Below, piece by piece: positions 37,818 to 49,317 of a DNA stretch of 64,000 nucleotides. Source of the stretch: Octopus sinensis. Taxonomy: Eukaryota. Numbering within the stretch: position 1 is the first letter of the stretch; the number at the start of each line of letters is the position of its first letter. The stretch is taken from the NCBI RefSeq assembly GCF_006345805.1, contig NC_043002.1, positions 3,658,001 through 3,722,000 on the forward strand, written 5' to 3'. Below the pieces are notes generated by a model that saw nothing but the letters and a program-made list of their open reading frames with translations, searched no databases and was not told the DNA's origin. Made by a program: the position numbers and the translations under genes.

Positions 37818-37967
37818 CTGGTGGAATAACCTCATTAGTGGGCTGAATAGATTGGGGGGCTGACGGCACAGGTGCAAGACTAACATTAGGTGGAGGCGGC
37901 CGTGGTGGTGGTGGGGTCTTTTTCGTAGTGGCGGTGGTGGCGGTGATGGTGGGGTCTGTCGTGCAGT
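37818..37967 (-). CDS. PDCD6IP: ALIX coding exon (PRD): CTTDPT...KKTPPPPRPPPP...VPSAPQ...IPP
   Basis: tgcag|AC TGC...CCA G|gtaaa; 150 nt; phase 1-1; PxRPPPP motif. Confidence 0.88.
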
Positions 37968-38259
37968 CTGCAAAAGAAACAGAATTCACAACCAATGACA
38001 AACAACATAGATGCTAATTGATGATGGAACATGTGGTTACATCTCTCACAACCAAAGCAGTCAGCATGGAAGCAGGGATTTATGTTTTATAACAGATTTT
38101 GCAGAAACACTAAAACTGATTCCAAGGGTCTTTTTGTCCGGCATCTAAACTCAGTCATTTGTCTTTAGTCGTTGAGCAGTTTGTAAATCACAATACTGAG
38201 AAGATCAAATTGACTGAGAATTTGAGTTTCAACAAGTCCAATCTGGATTGGACAACATT

Positions 38260-38704
38260 ATTTACATTTAACGGATATTTGTCCTCATCTTGTTTGTAAA
38301 CACATTTCAGCTGATATACCCTCCAGCCTTCAACAGGTGTCTTGGCGGAAATTTCAAACCTGGGTTCTCATTCCTAAGGTATTTTTCAATATTATTATTA
38401 TTATTATTATTCAGGTCACTGACAGGAATCGAATTCAGAATCTTGGGGTTAATAGCCCACACTCTTAACCATTACACTACATGCCGGTGGACGTAGTGGT
38501 TAACAGCGCAGGCTACTAACCCCAAGATTCAGAGTTTGATTCCAGGCAGTGACCTGAATAACAACAATATTGAAAAATACCTTAGGAATGAGAACCCAGG
38601 TTCGAAATTTCCCCAATACACCTGATGAAAGCTGGAGGGTATATCAGCCGAAACGCTGTGTTAATAATAAACAAGATGAGGACAAATATCCATCAAATGT
38701 AAAT
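38260..38704. mobile_element. Head-to-head pair of tRNA-headed repeats with hammerhead-like tails
   Basis: Arms about 38260-38478 and 38487-38704 are reverse complements; TAGTGGTTAA A-box; (G/A)TT(C/T)GATTCC B-box; CTGATGA..GAAAC at 38622-38654. Confidence 0.8.
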
Positions 38705-40504
38705 ATTCCAAAATAAATTTAAATTGAATTGTTATAAGAATTCTAGTTAAGTTTTATTCATGTGAACACATGACCGAGCAGATTAGATGAGGGTACACAT
38801 CACTGGTCACAATGCACTTTGCATCGTTTTAGTCTTCGAATGACATTCCCCCTTCCCCTGATCAAAGGGGGGGGGGGACTGGAACAATGTGAAATGAAGC
38901 GTTCGACTCAAGACCCCATGCTGCTCAGGCCAGGAATTGAACCCACAAGGATCTGGCAATCATGAGTGGCAACACCCTAACCACTGGGCCTCACACTTTC
39001 AGTTTTTAAGTTTGATTTTGCAATGAAAAGACAAATTCGAATTTGTTAATGTGTTCCATGTAAGAAGTTGAATGGCTTCAAGAATTTACCATTGTTTCTT
39101 CTTCTGTTAATTCCATCATCAAAAAGCAGTGACATAGACAACATTTACTTACATGCAGAGAATAGAAAACAATGTCCAAAAATTAAGTACAAGACTTTGA
39201 AGTCTGTGATCCTTGGGGGAGGGGGGACTCAACCCATTTTTCAGAGCTGGAATATTTTTTTGATTTAATTTTATTTTTGGACTTTGAGTTTTTTATTCTA
39301 AATCAAATACTATAATTACTATATTCTACAAAAGTTTCATTCCTAATAAAGAGAGGGGGGCAGACATTCAAGGGGGGAGACTGTACAGATACAATTACCA
39401 GAACGTGGTTTTCCTTGCAGCACAAAGAACAATACAAGAAGTGTATTAAACATGAGAGAAAGAGAATGAAAATAACAAGAGACACCTGAAGTTGCCTTAT
39501 ATTTTGGGGATACCGTAAACTTACCACTGAATAAATCAGATTTGGTCGACAAAAAGATTGGCAGTGGAGAGGCGAAAATAGAACAATGGGAGACAACCCG
39601 ATGGCTCCCTGATAGGAAATATTTTTATTGTACAAAATCATTTGAACATCTAAATTTATGGATTTTTTTTCTATTTTAAACTTTAGGCACTTTGGAGTAA
39701 GCAGATTAGATTAGATCCTGGAAACCTCGTGCCCAATAGACGATTAAAGATCAAAATGATTGGAAAATATACTGTAAGATTTATCTTCATCATATAGAAC
39801 AGATTAATCATTTTGACGCTAAGACAGCTTTACCCAGCCAAGAATTTAATTGGCAAATGTCAATAACCAAACTAAAACAGAATAGTTGTTGTATCATGAG
39901 AATTTCAGCAGAGATCTCATTGGAACATTGAGTCTGTGAAAACACAGGATTTCACTAAGTAAACAATGGAGTTTACGAGACATCTTGAGAGATGCAAATA
40001 TTTAAGAACATTTTTTTTTTTACCCCACTTCAATTTTCTGAAATGTTTTACTATGGAGAAAAAAACATCAGTTTCATTTTGTCAGGCAGAAAAGTTTGGC
40101 CAGTCTTTCCAAGGAAACCATTAGATTTTTTTTTTCTCCCCCATTTTGAGCAATTACCGTGGGAAGAAATCATTATGTGAAACACAAAGAGAAAAAAAAG
40201 GGAGAACTCATTTTCTATGCTGTTGTTTAAACAAAATTTTAATAATTTTTATATTTTGTTGAATTTACCTGTAATTAGATTTACTCTGAGATAAAATTAT
40301 GCAATAGAGGTTAAGAACCCTTTGTTAAATTGTATTCCAAAATATCAACATGTTAAATAAAATAAATTAGGAGTTGTTTTAAGAAACCCGTCTAAATTCA
40401 TAATTATTTTAGAATTTAATTGCAACACATATTTTGGTTAGAAATAAAGGAACAAAAAATAGTTAAGAAACTTAACCAAGCAAAAATGGTCCATCACTAC
40501 TTAC

Positions 40505-40667
40505 TTTGTTGGTATTTTGGAGTTTGAGGCGGTTGCTGTGAAGGTTGGTTTACAATTTCTTTAGAAAGATCCCCTAATAACTCTTCCTTCTCAGTTTTAC
40601 GAGCAAAACAGAAATCAGAGATTTTGTTTTGAAGTTTTAATAATAAACGTGTAAGATCGTTATAAAA
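40505..40667 (-). CDS. PDCD6IP: ALIX coding exon (V end/PRD start): FYNDLT...[11 protein letters not shown]...PKYQQ
   Basis: ttcag|TTT TAT...CAA A|gtaag; 163 nt; retains the Phe equivalent to human F676 (YPXnL-binding site). Confidence 0.96.
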
Positions 40668-40780
40668 CTGAAATTAACAAAAACATTGGAGTCAGTGAAA
40701 AAGAAAACGATTGATTCTTTTATAAATGACTAAATATTTAATTCTAAATTCAGAGGCTACCGTTTCTATTTGCAACGTAC

Positions 40781-40915
40781 CGTAGTGCCTTCTTGAAGGT
40801 TATCCATCAATTCAATGTACATATCGAAACCAGCTGCCAAGTCTTTGAGCATGGCTTCTCTTTGGGCACCAGATTGGTTTGAAGCTTTAGCATTAGAGAA
40901 TTCAGTGTTTGAAGT
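40781..40915 (-). CDS. PDCD6IP: ALIX coding exon (V): TSNTEFS...NLQEGTT
   Basis: tttag|ACT...ACG|gtacg; 135 nt. Confidence 0.96.
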
Positions 40916-40968
40916 CTAAAAAGAAGAAGAAAATTATTTTAAAACATGCAAAAAAAATTCAAGAAGGT

Positions 40969-41193
40969 TCAACCCTTTCATTACCATATTTCTGTTGAGA
41001 TGCTCCAAGTTTCTTTCAATTAATTTTAAATATAACAAAGAATTTAGCAAAATAGTCATCATGAAGCTAGTGTTAGGAACATAAATTGTGACTAAGGTTT
41101 GGTGGAACATTTTAATTCAGAACTTATGAAAACAAGACATTTGTACTACAGAGCCAGAGGTGGTTTCAGCCGGGTTGGTATCGAAAGGGTTAA
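40969..41193. mobile_element. Complete TTAA-CCC MITE in ALIX intron
   Basis: TCAACCCTTTCATTACC ... GGTATCGAAAGGGTTAA. Confidence 0.85.
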
Positions 41194-41271
41194 AAGGTAA
41201 TTTAACATGAAAATATATACAAGAGCAAAGGTCAAAGGGTGTCAAAATAATGTAAAGGAAAATATAATAAC

Positions 41272-41420
41272 CTGAATCTTATTCAAAAGAGCCTTTTGTC
41301 GGTTGATGCTGTCAGAAACTTGTTCTCTAAGAGGACCAAAAATCCTGTTCAGCTCTGGCATGGAGATGGCCTCTTCATTAATTAAACCATCCTGAGCCAT
41401 TGCATTCAAAAATTTACTAC
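41272..41420 (-). CDS. PDCD6IP: ALIX coding exon (V): SKFLNAMAQDGLINEE...LNKIQ
   Basis: tttag|GT AGT...CAG|gttat; 149 nt. Confidence 0.96.
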
Positions 41421-41578
41421 CTAAACAAAAAAAAAAAAATGCAAAAATGAAATCAAAAACAGATTTAGAAATTCATCAAAAGTGATTGAAGTCAATAGCC
41501 CAGTTTTGGGAATTTTAAAGAGATTGGGGAGGAGGGGGATAAGAAAAAGAAAATAGTTGAACTAATTGCACCACTTAC

Positions 41579-41738
41579 TAATATCAAACGTAGCATCTTT
41601 AATTTCTCTCTCAATTACTTCCCGTTCAGCTTTTATGGTTTCAACTTGCTCCATAAGTTTGCGTAATTCCTGCACAACATTGCTGTCTTGTAAGGCAGCC
41701 GTGGGATTAGCAGAAGGCAATGAAGATTTGATTTCTTT
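41579..41738 (-). CDS. PDCD6IP: ALIX coding exon (V): KEIKSSLPSANP...DATFDI
   Basis: ttcag|AAA...ATT A|gtaag; 160 nt. Confidence 0.96.
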
Positions 41739-42479
41739 CTGAAAAAGTAAACCAGACAAATAAATAACTAAAAAAAATTTTAAATAAAAAAATATTATCT
41801 CCTGGACAGATTAGAATAATTTCCCAGATTTATATGATAAATGTTCAGCAGAATTTTTCACTTTTATTGTTCCTTCGTGTTAACAGGAATATTTTATATT
41901 GCTCATTTCACTAATGAAGTTACGCTATATTGGTTTTTAGTAAAAGATATTGATAGAAAATCATACAGGGATCAGAATGTAGTCAGAATTATTTCTACAG
42001 TATTTTAAATAGAATTTATTCCAAATTTAGTGCTAAAAATTATACAAGAACTGATAAAATTGAAGAACTGGTGTTTTTACAGTAAGACACCTATTCATCT
42101 TTTATCTTTAATCTCTCAACTGGAACAAAACCAACAACCTCAATATTATTCCCAAACTCCAAGTTGAGGGGGGTGGGTTTGCCTTTTGTCTTGATGAACT
42201 GTTGTTTATGGTGCCATGTAAAAAGCACCTTGTACACTCCACAAAGGGGCTGGCATTAGGAAGGGTATCCCGCTGTAGAAACCATGCCAAAACCAACAAT
42301 GGAACCTGCTACAGCTCCTGTCAAACTATCTAATCCATTGCCAGCAAAACAACAGACATTAAATGATGTTTCTGTGTGTCTGTCACACTCTAACCTTTCA
42401 TCACATTACAGAAGACCACCTCCTCCAAAGCCCTCTCCCCTCTCAAAAGAATTTTTTTTTGTCTTGTAATTTACTCAGT

Positions 42480-42775
42480 GACCCTGTCAGTGCAGGTGCC
42501 ACTTAAAAAGCACCCAATCCACACTATAAGGTGGTTGGTGATCGGAAAGGAATCCAGCTGTAAAAACCTTGCCAAGACTGACCTCGCCTGTGCTTGTGCC
42601 ACATAAAAAGCACCAAGTCCACTCTGCTGAATGGTTGGTGTTAGGAAGGGCATCCAGCTGTAAAAGTCCTGACAAAACAGTTACAGAAGTCTGGTGCAGG
42701 CTTCTGCCTGGCTGGCTCCTGTCAAACCGTTCCACCCATGCCAGCATGGAAGGTGGACATTAAACGATGATGATC
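42480..42775 (+). mobile_element. RTE LINE 3'-UTR fragment (duplicated core)
   Basis: Two AAGCACC..CATCCAGCTGTAAAA blocks, then (GAT)n. Confidence 0.8.
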
Positions 42776-42844
42776 TAAAAATTCCACTTTGAATCTTAAG
42801 AGAGAGAAAGCTAACAAGATTTGAAGAATTCAGCAAAAACTTAC

Positions 42845-43066
42845 TTCTTGTTTGGAAAGTAACAATATAGCTTCTTTGTGTTTGTTGTATTTTTCCTGTA
42901 CAATCTTATCAGCTTGGATAGCAGTGTTCAGAATCTGTTCGTATTTTGAGGCTTCGATTTTCATTGTTTCCGTCAGCTGACCCGAAGCAGTACGGGTCCA
43001 CTTCCCTTTGAACTGCTCCCGAAGTTGAGAGTCAGATTTCGCTTCTTCCTCAAGCATTCTGGTCGA
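42845..43066 (-). CDS. PDCD6IP: ALIX coding exon (V): STRMLEEEAKSD...LLLSKQE
   Basis: tttag|TCG...GAA|gtaag; 222 nt. Confidence 0.96.
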
Positions 43067-43214
43067 CTAAAAACAAATTGAAAATAAGAATAGAAACAGA
43101 AGAAAAAAAAAAAACTATTGCTATGGTACAATTTCATTATAAACACAAATTCAACTGATACATAGTATAATGCTTTTGGCACAGTGGCAATTTCAGGAAA
43201 CTCGTTAAACTCAC

Positions 43215-43392
43215 CTCATTTAGAATTTCTCGGTTCCGTCCCAATAACTCTGGCAAGTCTTGCATCATTTTATTGAGGCTTTCTACTCCACCGTCCCTTT
43301 TCAATTGCTGAGCCTTTTCCAGTAAAGAAGTCGGGATACTGTCACCAGAGAGATCTTCAATGGCAGCAGGAAGATTTAGAGAAGCAAGCACA
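43215..43392 (-). CDS. PDCD6IP: ALIX coding exon (V): VLASLNLPAAIED...RNREILNE
   Basis: ttcag|T GTG...GAG|gtgag; 178 nt. Confidence 0.97.
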
Positions 43393-43499
43393 CTGAAACA
43401 AACAAACGGAAAGGTTGTTGAAATCGAACCGAATCAAATCGTACGGAGGAAGAGAGAGAGAAAGAGAGATACCAGGTTACTTTAGGAATAAGAGTGAAT

Positions 43500-43740
43500 A
43501 CATCATCATTTAACGTCCGCTTTCCATGCCAGCATGGGTTGGACGGTTCAACTGGGGTCTGGGAAGCCAGAAGGCTGCACCAGGCCCAGTTTGATCTGGC
43601 AATGTTTCTACGGCTGGATGCCCTTCCTAATGCCAACCACTCGGTGAGTGTAGTGGGTGCTTTTTACGTGCCACCGGCACGGGGGCCAGGCAAGACTGGC
43701 AACGGCCACGAACGGAAGGTGCTTTTTACGTGCCACCACA
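43500..43740 (-). mobile_element. RTE LINE 3'-UTR fragment
   Basis: (CAT)n tail, core and modules. Confidence 0.85.
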
Positions 43741-44026
43741 TTTAACCATCTTTATAATTGGCCTAATTACTAGAACAGATTAGGTAAGATTAGAGAGACA
43801 CATGCAAGTTCAATTCAATCTAAGGTCAATAAAGTGAAAAAGTAACAATGGTCAACATAACCTGTCATTTAATCAATACACACAAAAAGAGTATTAAGTA
43901 CAAATTAAATGTTATTAATATTTGCTTAAGGTTCGTTAAAACCAATGTTTTGTGAATAAGATTTCGTGAAGTTCATGTTATATTGGTCAGTTCGGAATGG
44001 TTAAAGGAGCTCTCTAAATTAGGAGA

Positions 44027-44345
44027 TCATCATCATCATCGTTTAGCGTCCGCTTTCCATGCTAGCATGGGTTGGACGGTTCAACTGGGGTCTGGGAAGC
44101 TAGAAGGCTGCACCAGGCCCAGTTTGATCTGGCAATGTTTCTATGGCTGAATGCCCTTCCTAACGCCAACCACTCCGTGAGTGTAGTGGGTGCTTTTTAC
44201 GTGCTACTGGCACAGGTGCCAGACGAGTCTGGCAAACGGCCACGATCGGATGGTGCTTTTTATGTGCCAGGCGAGGCTGGCAACAGCCACGATTCGGATG
44301 GTGCTTTTTACGTGCCACCGGCACGGGGGCCAGGCGAGGTTGGCA
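44027..44345 (-). mobile_element. RTE LINE 3'-UTR fragment
   Basis: Nearly identical to 43500-43740 over the core. Confidence 0.85.
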
Positions 44346-44659
44346 AAAAACATAAAATGGCAACTTCTCTCAATTATCCGAGTAAATGTGTGATGATATT
44401 AGTTTAAGAAGCTGATAAACACAGTTGAGATAAACTTAATATTTCTCCATGAATATAAATGATAAGTAAAGAGACAAATATGTTGTTATCCTTATAATTG
44501 GCACCATGAATGGCATGGTTTTCATGGCTAGATATCCTGAGCCAACATTGGAGCCTGATGTGGCCATATATAGCTGACAGGATGCTGTCAAACCAGCCAT
44601 GAATATGACAGCCTCTAAGCATCCCCAGTCTGGGACCCCTATCTTCAATCTCCTGGTAA

Positions 44660-45150
44660 CTGTTCAGAAACGTGCAGGGATCTACCATACTCTGAAGGAC
44701 TTGCTTCCTTAGCCATGGACACAAAGCCCCGACTGACTTTGCATACCTCCACAACATTATCCACCATCTTTCCAACAACAACCCTGGGTAGCTTTCGGAA
44801 TTCCATGTCTAACACTTGTGGATACGCTTACAAAATAAATAAATTAAAAAAAAAGAACAACATAGCACCCATGACTTCCAGGAGCATTTTTTTCACGCTC
44901 AGAAAGCATGAAACTATCCACTCAAGTTGCTGGCTGTCAGGACAATGCAGTCTTCATTGATTTCTGAAATCCACCAACCGTACATACACCTGGTGAGTCC
45001 CCCCCTCCCCGTAACATACATACACCTGGTGAGCCCCCCCCCCTCCTTTCTTCTTTAACAACTCATTCACTGTTCACTCCTTGTGCACTATTTTATGCAC
45101 CTTTGGTTACTTTTTCAGAGGGGTTGTAGTGCACCTGACCACCGTTAGCT
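44660..45150 (+). mobile_element. Old CR1-clade LINE 3' fragment
   Basis: Degenerate LPYSE..SNTCGYAYKI..FFTLR..KL matching the CR1 TRGH..K..FF..R..WN.LP pattern; GTGCACCTGA 3' UTR. Confidence 0.65.
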
Positions 45151-46029
45151 TCTTATATACATTTTATACATATTAAAACTCCAGAATTAACTGAAGTGGA
45201 TGACTAGTTTTCCCAGCACTCATTATCAGATCAATTCATTAAGATAAAAAGCAGCATAATTAAAACAGGTTTCTTGTCACTAGTGTTCATTATTATGTAA
45301 ATCAAAGTGGTATGTAATTACTAAAAACCTATTAAATTCTTTGTTCGGCTGAATTTACTTTTCAGCTTTTACCTGGAAATGTTTTGTCAAACCCCCCCCA
45401 TACAACCCATCTTCAGCACCACCTCCATCCCACCATTCACTGAAGGCCCCTCCACCATCCCTCACTTATCTACCATACACCCCTCCCAACCACTCCAGTT
45501 TCCCATCTCCCCTTTCCCTCTTATGGAACGTCCCCTTTGCCCCCTCTCTACATCACTTATATTCCTCCTCCCACTCTCCCACCTTCCATTTCTCTGTCTC
45601 AGTTCCACCTTTCTATCCCTGCTGGGGTACCCCCCTCTCGAGTATCTCCTCCATAGTAAGACCCCTATCTCTATCCCTCTGTTTATTAATCTATCAACTG
45701 GCACAAAACCACCTCCTTCAGCCCCCACCCCCACTCCAGAGGTCTTCATCTCTCTTGAGTTACTCGGCAATTCCACTCCTGTTGGTGCCATGTAAGAACC
45801 ACTGATGCTGCTACCACATAAAACACACCACCCAGTTCACTCTGTAAAGTGGTTGGTATCAGGAGGAGTTTCCAGCTCTAAGAACCATGCCAAAACAGAC
45901 CCTGGAACCTGGTGCAGCTCTCTGGCTCATCAGGTTCTGTCAAGCCATCCAGTCCACGTAGTATAGAAAATGGCTGTTTGATGATGATGATGATGAGGGT
46001 GATGGAAAAAGAAGTGTCTCTATACTCAC

Positions 46030-46153
46030 CTATTCAGTAACAGAGTAGCTTCCTTCAAACGGCCAGTTTCTTGATTAATAATTTGATTTTTGCGATTATC
46101 AAATGCAACAATTCCATCGTGAACAGGAAGGGGAAACAGTTTTTGAAACAGAT
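46030..46153 (-). CDS. PDCD6IP: ALIX coding exon (V domain start): DLFQKLFPLPVH...LKEATLLLN
   Basis: tttag|AT CTG...AAT AG|gtgag; 124 nt. Confidence 0.95.
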
Positions 46154-46835
46154 CTAAAATGGAAAAAGAATAGAAGAGATTACCTTTTGAAAACCAAATT
46201 CACTCACAAATAATTATTGAGTTATCAGCAATCAATACTGCCATGTAATAAGAGAGTTCAATACATGAGTATTGATCAAAATGGAAAAAGGATCTTGTTG
46301 TTGTTGTCATGTGAGGGACAGTCTATTAATGATCTTCAGGCCCCTGGCAGTTGACAACTCGGATATGGCACCTTAGGCCTAGCTTATCCCCTAAGAGGTG
46401 GGTATCTAACCCCTGTTACCTGTATAGACTGCAAACCACCCCATTTATCAGGCAACTTCAGTTGTATCCCAACACCATCAAAATGGTTACTTCCATGTAA
46501 GGAATGCTGCTGCTGCTGTTAATGTGAACTCCAACCAACCATGACTGAACGACTGACTGGCGCCAACATCCCACCTCACCAATGTGGGGTACCAATATAC
46601 TATACTACAGTCCACCATCTAAAAGCGTTGGAGACAAGCATCCTACCAACATCCTGTCCAAACACGTGGACCCTAAAGTAAAGAAAAAAGCCGGTGTCAC
46701 TTTCATAGCATTAACACTAGGTGACCTAAGCTGACTAAACACTAAGAAGTCTGGAATTTCTTTCAAACTCTCCACTCTACCAACAAACCTCTGATGAGAC
46801 AGGAGTGTCTTTTGCATCCATGAAGTCTTATGTGG

Positions 46836-46869
<34 letters not shown>

Positions 46870-47104
46870 GTAAATAAAAATAAAAACAGGAAAAACAACA
46901 CAAGTCAATTAAACATACACAGTGAATATATTAAATTGATGCTCAGTGGAAGTTTTAGATGAAAAAATAGGAGCAGAAATGACATTTCAAGCATGGCTCT
47001 TTCTTCATCAGAAGCAGGAAGAAAAGAAGGAAAAGGCAGAGTCCATAGAAACACACACACACACACACACACACATTATGAGTCAGTCTAAACTGTTGAC
47101 TTAC

Positions 47105-47327
47105 CAACAAATTTTGAACTCATTGTTGCAGGTAGCGGAGTCGGTTTTGCAACCGGAGCTTTTCCAATGGGAGGTAAAGATTTTGAATCAGGGATCTTCT
47201 CGTGATAAATAAAATCATTGTCTTTTACAGCCAATTCTAGAGCACGTACAACCTTATTGTGTTCCGTACGGAAACAGAAAGTACCGCTTCCTCGAGTCGA
47301 GGAAGCTTTCATTAATTCATCAGCATG
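47105..47327 (-). CDS. PDCD6IP: ALIX coding exon (end of BRO1): HADELMK...KDNDFIYHEKIP...SKFV
   Basis: cctag|CAT...GTT G|gtaag; 223 nt; KDNDFIY motif. Confidence 0.97.
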
Positions 47328-47639
47328 CTAGGAAAAAAGAAAAGAAAAGTGGGACCAGTTCAATATTTCACACACTTCCACAGAGATCAAAGCAAGACAA
47401 AACATCTGAATGCACGGAGATGAATAAATATGCACAACATTTTGACAAAGTAAATCTGTATGCTGATGGGTTAAAAGCCATGGGAACTGGTTCCGAGGAG
47501 AACTATGCAAGGAATGCTGCACAGAGGAATGGAGTTGAGCTCTGGGAAATCTGTTGACTGTTGGCAACCAGAGGAAAGACAAGAACTCATCTGAGACAGG
47601 AGGAACAAGGATCGTAGAAGAATATGTTGTCATGATAGG

Positions 47640-48000
47640 TGCAGGTGTGGCAAGAAGTTTGCTTCTCAACCACATGGTTCTGGGTTCAACCTCACTGCGT
47701 GTGACCTTGGGAAAGTGTATTCAACTATAGCTTCAGACAGACCAAAGCCTCGTGAGTAGATTCGGTAGGTAGAAACTGAAAGAAGCCTCTCTCTGTATGT
47801 CACTGTGCTCCACTACTACTCGACAACAGGTGATGTGTTTACATCCCTGTAACTTAGTGGTTCAGCAAAAGATACCAACAGAATAAGTACCAAGCTTTAA
47901 AAACCAAAAATAAGGTTTTGGGGTCGATTTTCTCAACTAAAATTCTTCAAGGTGCTGCCCCAGCATGGCCACTGTCTAATGACTGAAAAGAGTAAAAGAT
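47640..48000 (+). mobile_element. tRNA-derived SINE
   Basis: GGTGTGGCAAGAAG..GGGTTCAACC head; family core and tail. Confidence 0.8.
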
Positions 48001-48149
48001 AAAAGATCATCATTTTTATGTCCACCTTTTCATGCTTGCACGGGTAAAATGGAATTCCCCGATGCAGATTTTCTACCACTGGATGCCTTTCCTGTTGCCA
48101 ACCTTCATCATCATTTAGCTTCTGCTTTCCATGCTGGCATGGGTTGGAC

Positions 48150-48750
48150 GGACACACAAAAATGTGCCCTGAGAGAAAAGCTGGGCATAAGAAGCATCAG
48201 ATGTAGTGTGCAAGAGAGACGACTACGCTGGTATGGTCATATGATGCATATGGACAAGGACAACTGCATGAAGAAGTGCCAATCTCTAATGGTTGAGGGA
48301 ACTTGTGGAAGACGTAGGCCCAGGAAGACATGGGACGAGGTAGTGAAGCAGGATCTTTAAACATTGGGCCTCACAGAGGTGATGACAGGTAACTGGAGAC
48401 CTTTGGCAATATGTTGTGCTTGAGAAGACCCGTGAAGCCAAATGAAATTTTAGCCGTGGCCAATGCCAGTGTCACTTTACTGGCACCCATACCAGTAGCA
48501 TGTAAAAACCATCCTTCAAACGTTGGGCCTCAGAGGCAGTTATAGTTATGGCCGATGCTGATGTCACGTAACTGGCACTTGTGTTGGTGGGATGTAAGAA
48601 GCACCCACTACACTATTGGAGTGGTTGGCATCAGGACAGGCATCCAGCCACAGAAATCTTGCCAAATTGGATTGGAACTTGGGGCAGCTTACCAGTTTTC
48701 AGTGAAACCATCTAACCCATGCCAGCATGGAAAAACTATGTTAAATGATG
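48150..48750 (+). mobile_element. RTE LINE, RT C-terminus plus 3' UTR
   Basis: LREKLGIRSIRCSVQERRLRWYGHMM..GRRRPRKTWDEVV, then modules, core and GAT tail; links the modular repeat to the RTE 3' UTR. Confidence 0.85.
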
Positions 48751-48869
48751 AAGATAAACAAAAGTGAAATGCAATCCTGCAGATTTCTCCAGGCAAACCC
48801 ACAAAATTGGTCTGGCAAAAAAGAAGAAAAAAAACCTTAATCTTGTTGACCTAAATGTCAATTACTTAC

Positions 48870-48986
48870 TTGCAATCGGGCAATTTCTTCCCCATAGCTC
48901 TTCTTCTTTTGAGCCACAATGCTCTGGTGGTATTCAGCCAATGCATGAAACGCCGCCTGTTTCATAACGGTAGCAGGAATCCAATC
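48870..48986 (-). CDS. PDCD6IP: ALIX coding exon (BRO1): DWIPATVMKQ...YGEEIARLQ
   Basis: actag|GAT...CAA|gtaag; 117 nt. Confidence 0.96.
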
Positions 48987-49317
48987 CTAGTTCAGTTAAA
49001 AAAACAAAGTCTCGTTAAGTTTTCCTAATTCCCAAAATTTTATTCGGTTCAGCAGATGTATAGATATGAAAATACTTTAGATGGCATTCTTCCAATAGGA
49101 GTCCCATTTACATCACGTGTATTTGTTTACATTTGAAGATCGTCACTTTCTGTAAAATTTAAATTTTTTTTATATATGTGGGGTTAGGGTCAGGGGTAGA
49201 GGGAAGGGTATCTTTTCAAGTCGGCGTAAAAGCCAGACAGAGCACGAAGTTCGTTTTAAGTTGGCATTCCGTTTGTGTGTGTGTGTATAAATGTATTTGT
49301 TTCTCCCCCAAATCCAT

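Noticed and set aside
38487-38560. True tRNA gene (also other SINE heads)
   Set aside because: A/B boxes are present but no complete cloverleaf; continues into repeat body
46400-46810. Possible decayed RTE endonuclease region
   Set aside because: Only faint similarity with many stops; cannot support a call
46792-46815. CTGATGA-GAC..GTC as a hammerhead
   Set aside because: No GAAA after the stem
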